A stretch of 64,000 nt of DNA from Hamiltosporidium tvaerminnensis FI-OER-3-3 (taxonomy: Eukaryota > Fungi > Microsporidia): positions 1,178,001 through 1,242,000 of the forward strand of contig JAKIMF020000001.1 in assembly GCA_022605425.2 (NCBI GenBank). Reading direction: 5' to 3'. Shown piece after piece: positions 37,715-50,271 of the stretch (position 1 is its first letter; every line of letters starts with the position of its first letter). The notes below the pieces were generated by a model, which saw nothing but the letters and a program-made list of their open reading frames with translations, had not been told where the DNA came from and ran no database searches. The translations under genes and the position numbers were made by a program.

Positions 37715-40700
37715 GAGAATGTCAGTGATGCAGCTCGAATCATCCAGGCGGCCCAGGTATGTTATGACGAGGAAACACGTAAGGAGAAACCTAGATCCGC
37801 TTGGAAGGAAAACATAGAATGTAAAATTTCTAAGTTAGTACTTTCCAAAGATCTCCTCGAGAATGCTCGTAAACAGGAAAAGCTCTCTACTTCGGAAACG
37901 AAAAGTCTCAGAAAAATTTTCGAGGGTTTAATCTAGACTTAAGCAAAATAAATGATCTCTCTGAGGCTTTAGTTAAGAAGAATGAGGATTTGAATGTGTA
38001 CGAGAAAAAAATTACGATGTATGAAAGAAGGAGGAAATTTCGAAAAGAGAATCGTATGTTTGAGTTATTCCGAGGCCGATTCTACCGAGAGCTATCTGGC
38101 CGTGTTGAATCTGAGCATGTGGTTCATCGTGACGAAATTTCAGAATTTTGGTCTACAATGTTGAACAAAAATGATAAAGTAGTTACATATGATGAGTATT
38201 TGATACCTTTCGTGTCAGATACGCATTAGACCACGTTTCCTTTACTTAAAAGTTTATAGATATCATCAATTGGCTGCCTAACTGGAAAGCCGCTGGAATT
38301 GATGGTATTTATAACTTTTACATCAAGAAACTTACGAGCCTTCATAAATATCGTTACGATATTGTGACAGTCATATGTTTAGAAGGAACGCCCCAAGCCG
38401 ATTGGTATTATTGTGGACTTACTTATCTGATACCCAAAGGTACACCAAAGACTGGCTCTGATTACAGGCCAATAACCTGTATGTCAAACCTGAATAAACT
38501 GACCACAAAATGTGTTACTCAAGTGGTACAGGTTGAGGTGGAAAGCCAGGATGACTTTCAGATAATCAGTTGGGGCAGTTAGAGGAGTGCAAGGAGCGAA
38601 AGAACAGGCCCTATTGAATGTTGCCATTAATAAGGAGTACGGAAACAATCTTAAGGCAACATGGATTGATGTCAAAAAAGCTTATGATTAAATAGATCAT
38701 GCTTATTTTGCTCAATGTATTGAAAAACTTAATTTACCTGATTGGATCCTGAAATTTATTAAGGTAATTATAACAAAATAGAAAATTGATATATCAATAG
38801 GGCCTGAAAAAATAATAAGCAAGAAGATTGATAGAGGGATTCTGCAAAGAGATAGTTTGTCACCATTATTGTTTGTGTTGTGTATGGATCCTTTGAGCCG
38901 AAAGCTTACTGAGAAATGCACAAAAGTGACAATAAAGACAGATGCAGAGTCCCACGCCACTAATCATCTCTTGTTTATTGATGATCTTAAGCTCCTTGCC
39001 GAAGATGGGCAAACATTGGAAGACATGACGGAGGAGGTTAAAAAGTTTAGGAATAATATAGGATTGAAAATTAACACAGAGAAGTCAGCCACTAATGATC
39101 AATGTTGTAAGATACTGCTACTCTTCTTGAAGGAATAGGTGTTTATAAATACCTTGGAATTTTAGAAGCTAGCAGAGGAATTCCAACAAGTAAGTCGTTT
39201 GAGGAAGTACAGACTAAACTTATAGCACGAATAGAAAGACTCTGTCGCACGACATTAAACGCAAGAAATTTATTTCAAGCCATTAATAAACATGCAATTT
39301 CTTTACTAAACTATCATATAGGTGTACTCAGACTAGAACTGGCTGACTTCTCTAAGTTAGATGATGCGGTGCGTGCAGTGTTAGTAAAGAAAAAAATACA
39401 TCTACGCTCAGGATGCAAAGAACATCTATAACTTCCACGTAAAGAACTTGGAAGAGGTTTACATAGTGTCGAGTCCAAAAGCGAACATATGCTTTTGCAA
39501 CTCTTGGATTGTCTGGAAAAACATAAAGATACATCGACCAGAAGAGCAGCAATCCTAAAGGTTGAGAATATCAATAAAACCCACCTTTCACTAATTAAAA
39601 ACTTGTTAAAAATAAAATACGGGTTGGAAGAGGAAGTCACAAAAAAGAAATTGGAAGAAGCTCAACTAGCTAACCTATATAACGAAATCAAAAACCGAAA
39701 ACTACATTCAAAGTTATATAGCGCTAAAAATAACCAGCTGGTAAGTGTAAATGACCCCTCAGGATGGTTAAAGAAAGGAAGTGTAAGACCACATAATAAA
39801 GCAGTGTTCTGTTATATCTAGGATAGAAATGTATTCTGGGGTGCAGAAGGTATGTTCAACACTGCAACCAGTCTAGGAAAACAGTTGATCACTTAGTAAC
39901 GAGATGTGAAAAAATGCTTGGTCATGACTATTCTAGACGACATAATGAAGTAGTACGATGTATACATTTACTCTTGCTAAATAAATATAAGTTTTAGTCT
40001 TCGAAACGAATTAGAAGCCACTCAGTTCAAGAAATTCTTGATAACGAGTACTGCAGAGATAAAAGTGACCACCAGAATAAAAACTGAAGTCAAGATTCGG
40101 TGTAACAGACCAGATATATTTATTTTAGACATGAGACAGAATAGAATAACCCTCATTGAAGTAGGAATCACATCCCAAGACTCTCTTAAAATAGTTGAAA
40201 CAGAGAAGCTTAGGAAGTATGACCTATTAGCAAATGAGTTAGGTCTTATTTATAAATGCAGTGTAGAGAAAATTCCTTATGTAATGACCTGGTACGGTAT
40301 TGTGACAAAATACCATAAGACTTAGGTTTAAAAGATCGGAAATACCCATGAATGTAGAGGTATACATTCAGTCTATAGTACTTAAGAAGACAGTCGAAAC
40401 AGCTTCCTTGATCGACGGATAGGACATGAGTCTGGTCCAAATGCTCAGGAGAGCTGGGAGAGAGCATCATTAAGTGTTATTTTAGGAGCTGAGATGCATA
40501 AACAACCAATACTCTCTTTAAAAACAGTAGACAACGAGGAAGATGATGTTAAAACGGAAAATACAAAACATTTTTTACTCCTTATTTTGGATGGCATAAC
40601 CACAGCAAAGGAACCATCAACTAATATAAACAAAGAGTTGGAGTTGGAGGAAGAAATATAAGTGGTTGAAATGGTGGAAAGAATAATTTAGAAAAAAGAA

Positions 40701-40738
40701 AAATTTGTTAACCCAGAATTTTATTAAATAAATACTTC
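37715..40738 (+). mobile_element. 5'-truncated R4/Dong-like copy with many stops/frameshifts, 12-bp TSD
   Basis: TSD TCGTAATTATCT at 37703-37714 and 40739-40750. ORF fragments 37990-40325 closely match the intact copy (YRPITCMSNL, LLFIDDLKLL, RPDIFIL, IEVGITSQD). Family terminus at ~40708-40732. Confidence 0.92.
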
Positions 40739-42315
40739 TCGTAATTATCTTGTCTATATATACATTTTGATAGGAAAATCGAGCATTCCAAGAAATAATT
40801 GCATTGTAATTTAAAACATTTAGGTAAACGGCGCTATTTATAGTTAATGCAGATGCGCTCTACATCTTGACTGAAACATCATCTATTGTTCTAAAATAGT
40901 ACATGATTAACATAATTTGACTTGATAAAATAGCTGATTTTATTCGAAGTTTCCGATGCGTCATTTAACTTGGATTAGCTTTTACTATCACCAACGTCTT
41001 TCAATGGGAGCAAAAAATTCTTGTAAAAAGACATATTTATATAAAACTTACGCATATTTATATTTATTTTGACCAATATAATAATTTATGATTGATTCCA
41101 ATATGAATAAGAGCCATATAAGTCGACATATGCCACAGTATGAAGAAACAGCACATATATGAAGTAAATGGAAGATCCATGAACCAATTATTCGGCATTG
41201 CGATGCTAATCTACAACATTTTGATTTTAAGATATTTAATGTATACTACTTGAAAAAAGAATATTCTGCCTCGTATTTGACGTTTCAATTTCTTCGAATT
41301 ATTAAAAAAACTTCGGTTTTTATTCTTCAAATAAACGCGGATTCAAATCACTCAGTAGTTTTTACGATTCGGGCTTTGTTTGAAATATCATTTTCCTATT
41401 GGTAAAACAGTTCCTTTAAAAATATATTATTTTTTTATGATATTTACGTTTGTTTCTAATCATATTTTTAATAAAAAAACAGAATTTATACGTTACGGAG
41501 CGATTTTTTCACCTAAATTCAAACTTTTAACGAAGTATATTCGACAATGAAATAATAGTGTAAAGACCGGTGTATGACCACCTCATTATATTTCCAATCC
41601 GACTTTCGGTTCAGATTCATAAACTATAAACGAAATTGTAATACGCTTGTTTACAGTATATTTTCTTGAAATTCATTATAATAAATTTCTGGATATTTTG
41701 GATATAACAACCTCATATCTTTATATTTCCCTCTGTAAATTGCAAAATTCAATTATTTAGATTCTTTTGATACATCCATCAAATAAGCTTGATATCGAAG
41801 ACATGTACTTTTTATATTTAAAAACTGGTGCCTTTCGCTTTTATATATTCCTTATTCAGTGCATCATTCAGTTTAATCTGTTATCAAGCCTTTAATAACT
41901 TCTTACGAACTAAAGACATATATTTCGGTTTTCAACGGATGACATTAAATATTATCGCTTCTTTGCTTTAAAAATCATTTTTTGTTAGATAGTTATACTT
42001 TCGGACCTAAGTATAAGTATTAATATTTTTTCTTTTATATGTTTTTTTCATATATAAATCTTTATCTAAAGTTGAAAATAATACATTTTAAAGTGTAACA
42101 CTATTTAAATACTTAATCTCTTAGATTTTATTTCATAAACTGAATGAAATATAATTCTAAAAATTCTTAACTAATTTAATGATATTTTTAAGGAAATAAT
42201 TAAAAACCATTTGTTAAACTTCCTTAAATCTAATATTTTATTTGTTTATTTGATAAGAAAACATGAAACTTGTTTTGAATTTTTAATATAAAATAATGAG
42301 TTTAATTGTTTGTTT

Positions 42316-42672
42316 ATGAAAACATTATCTGTAATCCTCCTTTTCATACCTGTCCAAGCAATTTTAGAAATATATTATGACTCACATCTTCACTTTAAAA
42401 CAATAAGATCCTCCTGTAATCAAGTGATAGATTGCTTCTATAGTTCCTTCTATCTTACCTTATATGTTGTAGAAGCATTTTTGATTATAAATATGTTGTT
42501 TTTAATATTAAAATACTTTGTTATAGGTACAAATAAAATACAAATGAATTTATTTGAGTGGTATTGGGTTTTAAACATCAATGTATATATTGAAATGTTT
42601 AAATATCCAGAAAAATATCCTTATTATAAAACTATTTTAGAACATAATGAAGAATCTGAGTTTAATATATAA
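42316..42672 (+). CDS. Small hypothetical protein with predicted signal peptide and one hydrophobic segment
   Basis: MKTLSVILLFIPVQA signal-like start (ATG at 42316) and hydrophobic stretch FYLTLYVVEAFLIINMLFLILKYFVI. No family recognised. Confidence 0.5.
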   Translation: MKTLSVILLFIPVQAILEIYYDSHLHFKTIRSSCNQVIDCFYSSFYLTLYVVEAFLIINMLFLILKYFVIGTNKIQMNLFEWYWVLNINVYIEMFKYPEKYPYYKTILEHNEESEFNI

Positions 42673-43479
42673 GTGTTGGGGCTGGACAACCCCAAAAAAA
42701 CTGTCCCTGTTAGCAAATAAAGTTCTATTAAAAGGAAGAGTGGATTGTTGCATTCATGTGAATTCATAGAATAAATAAAAAATTCAAAAAAATTATTGGT
42801 CTGTCTTAATATTTCTGTAAAATACTTTACAATATTTATTTTATAATTTTACTAAAATAGAATTTTTTTACTTGAATTTCCTTCTTGTTTTTCTAAGCGA
42901 TTTATATGTATTAAATAGTGTGTAATCATTTGTATTTATTTAATTCTATTTCAAAAACATATTTTTTGAAATCTAGATATACGTTAAATGACATATAGCT
43001 TGTATAAAATTTGTTGTGAACACACAATTTTCAAATATTATGTTTAATGTAAAGAAGTAAGCAAAATTAATAAATATATTGTATTAAAAAGAAGACAATA
43101 ATAAACATTATTGAATGAAAATTAATTGCATTCGTGCTACTTATTCGCATATTTGTCTGGTTTTATTTACTTCGTTTTTTTTATGATTCGTACATTATTT
43201 GAATTTCGTTTCTATATTCCTAACATGAAACATCAATTTCTCTCATTTTCTTTGTATGCAAAGGTTTATAAAGTTGGGTTTGTAGTAATGAATATTTTCT
43301 TTCTGATGATATGTATTTAAATAAAAATGAAGGTGGTTCTACAATAAACCTAGTATTACTTATAATAGCATTTTATATGTGTTGTAAGCAGCTCTCGTGT
43401 TTTGTTTCTTATTTCGCATTTTGTTCAGTTTAATTGGTGAGTTGTTAACATTAAAAAATCTTTATAAAAACTATTAAAT

Positions 43480-44300
43480 TTTAGGATTCGAAGATTTTTT
43501 ATCCTGATAGATTAATTTACTGTGGTATAATATTGTTGATTGAAAAATTAGATCTAATCAAAACATGTTAAACCCACGTATTATAATAATAAAGTATAGG
43601 TAGATTAATTTTTAAAACTTTTAATTGAGAATATTACACTAAGGAGATGCTTCAGAAATATTTAAATGAAAAAATTAACATTTTTCAGTGACCACATCTT
43701 TATGCGGGAAAGGTGCTAAAGGCAGACTATTTTGAATGTTATTCTAAAAAAATATATATCATCCACAATCTCATAGATTAATGTCATAAAAGTCTACGAT
43801 TTGTTAAGTATATTAATTTGATTGAAAAAAGGTAACCAAAACGATTTTATTAGATTTTGGAATTTATATGATATGTGATACAAAAGTATAAACTGTGATA
43901 AGAATAAAGCTTGGAAAATTCGGGGAAACTAACCTAACAAGATTTGGCAGATAAATTAGTCATTAACTTTATTTTGTTATAAATTATCCATAGAGATGAA
44001 ATCAATAATTTTTACAAAGAATTAAAAATTCGAACATATATTCATATACAATTTATTATTTGTTATTATTAATGATATTCGCTTTTTTTTATGAAAAAAG
44101 AAGACAAGTATTAGCCAGAAAGACAAGATGCTGTATTTTTCATATAAACTAAAGAAGATTATCAACAAAAAAAGATATAATATAATGATCTGATCTGTGA
44201 AGATTTGGATATTTTCCTGTAAAGAGTTCTGCCAAGAGATATCCATGAATAAAAAAATATGTCAATGAACACCAAATTCAGATCATATAACAACTTAAGA
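43480..44300 (+). mobile_element. Decayed R4/Dong-like RT fragment
   Basis: aggtgctaaaggcagactattttgaatgtt and tagattaatgtcataaaagtctacgat correspond to QGAKEQALLN and WIDVKKAYD. Confidence 0.55.
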
Positions 44301-46084
44301 AAATATTTTTTTACAAGGTCTGTAAACCCTCGTCGCTTTAAATCGAAGCTAGCAATTCTTTACAATTTATTTATAACGATATTGTTGATTAAAGTGACGC
44401 GAGAGTACTCGAATCATATCTGCCGATTTTTATGAGTTCGATAGGCGGCCTTTTGAGATTAGCAATTAAAACTTATATTTATGACGATTAAGCCCAGGCA
44501 CTTCTGGCTATTAAAGTCAAATTTTTTTTTAAAAAAAACAGCATGTCACTATCTCAAACAAATACACACTTTTGCAAGTCTTGGGTATACGGAAATTTAC
44601 AAGTCTAAAAACATCTAAAAACATCAATTATTATGTAAATTAGATAAAAAAACTCGGTTTTACACATTAAGTTTTTTTCAAGCGAAATATGGAATGAACA
44701 ATAATAAAGAAATATATCTGAAAAGTAAAACCATTGGATTTATACAACACCTACAACGCAGAAGATCGAGGGTAAAGTTATATACAATTGAATATATGAA
44801 ATTTTTGTATTGCGATTCGTAAAAATTGCTAAAATTTGAAATATCTTTAATTTAATAAGACAATCTTTTGTTATATCAAAGATTAGATTTTTTTATGAGT
44901 GATAGGAAGTGTGTGTTAACTTTGTGCTAATTTCGTGAGCAAGAAGAGTATTACTTCGCTGATTGTAAAACGCCTTGATATTATACTGAAAAAATGAGGA
45001 ATAGATTCGGGCAAAAATTTATTTTCCAAAATAAATACAAGATCAAGTCTAAAAAGGTAATTGAAGGATCTTTATTTAAATTCTATAAAATTAGTATTGC
45101 AAAATAAAATTAATGTCTGAATAAAGCTTGATTCAAAATTTAAAATTTCACTTTGTATAGTTATCCTTATTAAAAAAAACACAGTAGATTGCACATATTC
45201 CATTTGTGATTACACCAAGCATTTCTTATATTATTTAAACATGGAAAATTATAATTCTCACTCCGTTTTAAATATTGGTTCTGTTTATAATTTTAGGTTT
45301 GAGATGTTTGATCTTATTATTACCACAAATATAATAATGAAATATCTTTAGAAATACCTTAGTCAACATCAATTACTAACGGAATAAAGAAATAGTCGAA
45401 CTTTATTAGCCATAAAATCGAATGTTGATGATTTTTTTGATCGATAAAGATAATTTGATTCTGAACAATTTACCCGAAGAAATTGCAAAAAAACAATAAG
45501 TGAATTGTTAACAAAAAGCCGAGAGTTACACCTAGTCTATACCCTTTTAAAAAAGTAACAAAGATAAATAAGTTTTAGTTTAACGATGACTCAGAATATC
45601 AAATTTCTAATTTTTTTTGACAAACTATGCACAAAAATCTGATCAAAATTTTAAAAATTGAATCGGATACGATAAAAGATTACAAAGAGTTTTAATAATG
45701 CAGATGAATTAATAATTTTTAAAAAATTGTATAAAGAATTATAATTTTAAATCAAGTTTACAGTTTGGATTCTTAATGAGATGTTACTATAAATAAATTA
45801 TTGTCATATAAAAATATTTGCAAACGATATGTTTTTTTGAAACAAATATTATTTTTTACATGATTTATTGAAATAAAATTTTTTATGAAATCTAAATTAT
45901 TCTACGTTCAATTATAAATTTTATCATGAAAAAGGAGTAATTTTTTTAATTTTTTATAATTTCTTTTTCATCAACTCATTTCTTTATAATTGTACTTACA
46001 TACTTATTAGCTTTCTCTTTTATCGGTCGATATCGATAATGAACAATTAAAAAAATTACATTTGTTTCTTTTAATCAATTCTAA

Positions 46085-46218
46085 CAGGGATTAAAAGGGG
46101 CTGGTCTACATGTTCGGTATGGCTCATATTCCACCAAAGAGGTAAATATCGTTTTCACGTTAATTCTAGATACTCTTTTCTAAGCGAAAAGTTTTTAATT
46201 TGGTTATCCTTCTTCCAT
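46085..46218 (-). repeat. Short relative of one end of the 737-bp element
   Basis: Reverse complement tggaagaaggataaccaaattaaaaacttttcgcttagaaaagagt...tttggtggaa aligns with 25961-26050 (tggagggaggataaccacataaaaaactttctgcttggcaatgagt...tttggtggaa). Confidence 0.6.
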
Positions 46219-46344
46219 TTTTTGCAAATAATTCTTTTTTTAAAAAAGGAGATAATTAAAAATTAACAGAATTACCGGTTATAGAAAGCAAGATAATTTT
46301 GATTTTATTTGGTTATCTGTTAATATATTCATGAGAAACAGACA

Positions 46345-46397
46345 AATTTGATTCGTTTAGACTATGAATTTGATTCTTTTAGACTATGAATTTGATT
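46345..46397. repeat. 22-bp tandem duplication (~2.4 units) upstream of the ABCG gene
   Basis: aatttgattcgtttagactatg / aatttgattcttttagactatg / aatttgatt. Confidence 0.8.
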
Positions 46398-46452
46398 AAA
46401 TTTGATATTTGAAAAATTTTCTGTTTATTTTGTGAGGTTTGAAAATCCCCTA

Positions 46453-48390
46453 ATGGATGTAGAATGGAAAAATTTAAATATTGAATTAAAGAATAAAAAT
46501 AAAAGTATAGCTAAGAAGTATGTAAAATTAGTCAAAAATGCATATGGAGAAGCTAAAGCAGGTGAATTGTGTGCAATAATGGGTCCAAGTGGATCCGGTA
46601 AAACAACTTTACTCAAAGCTTTAGCGGGAAGAATTCCAGATGGTGGAAAAACGACTGGAATTGTTACATCTAATAAATTGGAACGAAGAAACCGTGATTG
46701 GATTAACAATATAGCATTTGTAGATCAAGATGACTGTTGCTATGAAAATCTTACCGTTAGACAAACCATAACATATGCTGCCAAATTTCGACTTAAGGAT
46801 AAAAGCGTAAAAATAAACGATAAAGTTGATACAATTATATCTAATTTATATTTGAAAAAAATAGCCAATACCCGTATAAAAAGCATTTCGGGTGGTGAAA
46901 GAAAAAGAACAATGATAGGGGTCGAACTCGTTACAGATCCCAAAATAATTTTACTTGATGAGCCTACCAGTGGACTTGATTCGTCATATGCATTGGATCT
47001 TATCAGATTATTTAAAGAAATTGCAGAAAAAAAATTGGTGACAATTATATTTACAATACACCAACCATCATATGAAATATTTCTTCTTTTTAATCGATTA
47101 GTCCTTTTATTCGATGGAAACACAGTTTATAACAGCACAGCAAATGAATTTAAAACCAAAGCAGAATCATTTGGTTTTTTGAAACGAGAATTTTGTTCAG
47201 AACCCGAATTCGCAATAGATATACTTAAATTTAGAGAAGAATATAACTGAAATACCTGAAAATCTTACAAATGTCAATGAAATGATTAAACAAACATTAG
47301 AAAACCAAGAGGAATTCAAAATAACAGAACCATCCTACATCAAATATGTTTTATAACGGTTTTTTCCCCAATTTTTATCACATATTTGTTCTTTTAGAAA
47401 GAAGATTTAGATTATATTTTCTTGGTAAAAAAGGCTTGAAATATTTATTATACTTTTTATGTTCTATGATATTGTTTAGCCTGTTATAATGTAGAAAGTA
47501 TTTATTATAAATGGCGTATTTTTGGTGTCAATGCATTGATGAATGTCTTGATACAGATAGATGAAACAAAAAAAATAAATTTTACTTGGTTTTTAAAAGA
47601 TAATAGCGAGCCGCTAATAAAAAAAGAATTCCAAAGAATAATTATTACTTTGCTTATGATAAATGCTCAGTTAGTATTTTCATCCATTTTCAATGGATCT
47701 GTATCCCATTCTTTTGTGGAAGAACGAGATCGTGTGAAACGAGAAATAGGTGTACAAAGTTATACAACCATTTCATATTTTACCTTCTATTTTTCTATAT
47801 CACATATTTCTTAATGTTTTGAGTAGCATTTTATTTATCGTTATATTCAAAATTCACTTCGGAGATTTTCTATATAATGATTTTTATTTGTTTTCCAGCT
47901 TAAGTTTTTTTGGTCTTTTACCACTGTTGTTATTATATGGCACAATGGCGAACAATACAGCGTTCGCATCAATTTTGAATATTGTAATGGCTATTTGTAC
48001 CACGGTATCACCACAAATATTGGCTTTAATTCATTTTTATTTAAAAGAAAAAGTGAAATTTAAAGGTATAAAAGTATTTAGAATGTTTGTATTTTTTCCA
48101 TTCTACGATTTAAGATATATTTTTTCAATCAAATTTTTGATTCTATCGATACAAATATATTTTCAGATAGTAAGCACCTACCATTTTTACAGACAACCTT
48201 AAGTGATTTAAAATATATTTTAGGAAATTTTTTTGAAATAGAAGATATTAGCGTTGGATTTATGAGTGGTGTATTTTTTTTGATGACTGCTTCAATTATA
48301 TTTATCTCTATTATTCTTTTAAATCAGTTTTTAAGACCAGAGATGCGTTTCAAACTTCAAGAAAAACCCGGAAAAAAAAATAAAGTATAA
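46453..48390 (+). pseudogene. ABCG (White-family) half transporter; NBD intact, downstream half broken by about five frameshifts
   Basis: ATG at 46453 after CCCC. Walker A GPSGSGKT, signature ISGGE, Walker B ILLDEP, H-loop TIHQP; EERDRVKRE in the TMD. Frame changes near 47245, 47345, 47485, 47790 and 48140; final TAA at 48388-48390. Assembly error not excluded. Confidence 0.85.
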
Positions 48391-50271
48391 AAGTTTTGTT
48401 TAAGTTCTATTCATTTAAAATCTTGTTATAATTATTTTTTTATTCAATACATTTCAAAAACTGGCTTTCTTCAATACTATTTAATATAAAAAAAAGGGAG
48501 AAGATGTTCTTATTACTTAGAAAAGTTTCTTATTTATTTGAATTTTCATTGCATAACAATCGACTATAAAAGATTTTTTTATATAAAAAATATTTCAATA
48601 CAATAAATTTAATCAGGATGAAGATATTCTCACAAATGAGATTAGGTTATGTTTTTCAAGTAAATTTTAAAAGATAGTCTTTAAATCAATTATGGGTGAA
48701 GCAAAATAGGGAAACTGAGATTGAACATTAAATATCGAGGATTATAATGCAATATAGATCCAAAAATAAAAAATATAAGAAAAATTTTATTTAAAGTATC
48801 GTGTTCTTCGATTTTTTATATTTAGTACCGAATTCCTCAACATTTTCAGTCATTTGATATATCAATCTCCTCGGTATAAAATTTTAATGTTTTACAAACT
48901 TATTGATGAACTATCCATGAGTTATTTGGAATTTAGTATCGGTTTTTTAAACTTTCTATTGTAACTACTACATGGAATTATAATAAAATATTTTTCTGCC
49001 TCACTCTTTTAATGGCGAATTTTAAACAGTTTTTTCAACTCAAATATTATTATTCCATTCTGTGACTTTAAAAACACATTCAAGCAACGTTTTTAATTCA
49101 TTTTTCTTTATAGCAGAAGTTTGAAAGCTCTTAAGATTGTGTTTTTTCTATGATTTAAATCAGAGTATTATTTTTTCGAAATATATGTGAATATCGATCA
49201 TATTTACTAAATCATGGGAGTAATTATAGACTAATTAAATATAATTCATCTACTAAAACAATAGATACTGTATTTATATAAGAACTCTTCAATTCGAATA
49301 GTTTTTTTAATGTATTTTTAACTAATCGTAAAAAACATGTATTGATTTCTATGCTCAAAGAAAATGCATAGTGCTATTTTATCGCAATTCTTTCCTTTCG
49401 CCACGAAAAAAGCAATACAACAGAGTAATTATATGCTTGTATAGTATACTGTGGACACTTTTGCAAGCCTGCTGTTTCTTTATATTTATAAAGCAATCTT
49501 ATATTAAAAAAATATTTTTTTTAGTAAAATAGTCAAAATAAAACCAACCAAAAAACCAACTCTTATTTTTATAATATTAAATGAGTAACTTATCTATATT
49601 ATTTATATATATTTTCGAGCCAATTAAAGTAAAAATATTTTTATTATTGTAATTTGTAGTTAATCGAAGTATTTAAATGATTCTGTATGGCTTAACATAT
49701 ATTTTGAGCAATACTATACCATTTTTAATGGAAAATTTTTTTAACTCAAGGTTTGTGTCGTTTATAATTGACGAAATATTCAATGTATTTTAGTTAAACA
49801 GTCTTAACTTTTTTCTGAAAAATTATGTAATATCTAAGACTATTTGCACTATAGAAACCTATGATATTTAAATTTTAATAAATTTTTGAATATTTGGAGT
49901 TATTTTTTTAATTAGATAATTTCTTCGTTATTAAAATATTTGAAATTTTTTAATGAAAAAATAATACTAGATCGATCGAAATAAAAAATATTTATAACAC
50001 TTTTAACATTTTAAATTTATTCGAAAAATATTCTAAGATTAGATTGAAAAAAAATGTCATTTTCATTGAGAACCCTCATATTTTTAACTACTTAAAACTG
50101 GAATATGTTACTTTTTTTACAAGCAGATAGAAGTCTATAAAGTTATGAAATAATAATTCAATATTTTTTTAGTACAAAGGCAATACTATCTATAAATATA
50201 TCAAATAATCCATTGTTTTCAATGTGAGTTAATTGCTAACAAAATTATTTAAATATATTTGTGGTATAATT

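Noticed and set aside
42675-42720. Similarity of gacaacccc...tccctgttag to the reverse complement of 46081-46110
   Set aside because: Only about 20 matching bases; cannot be supported without a search.
44300-45700. Possible AP-endonuclease relic of another LINE
   Set aside because: Only faint motif-like traces; too degraded to call.
46345-46397. CRISPR-like repeat
   Set aside because: Units are contiguous with no spacers, in a eukaryotic context; a simple tandem duplication.
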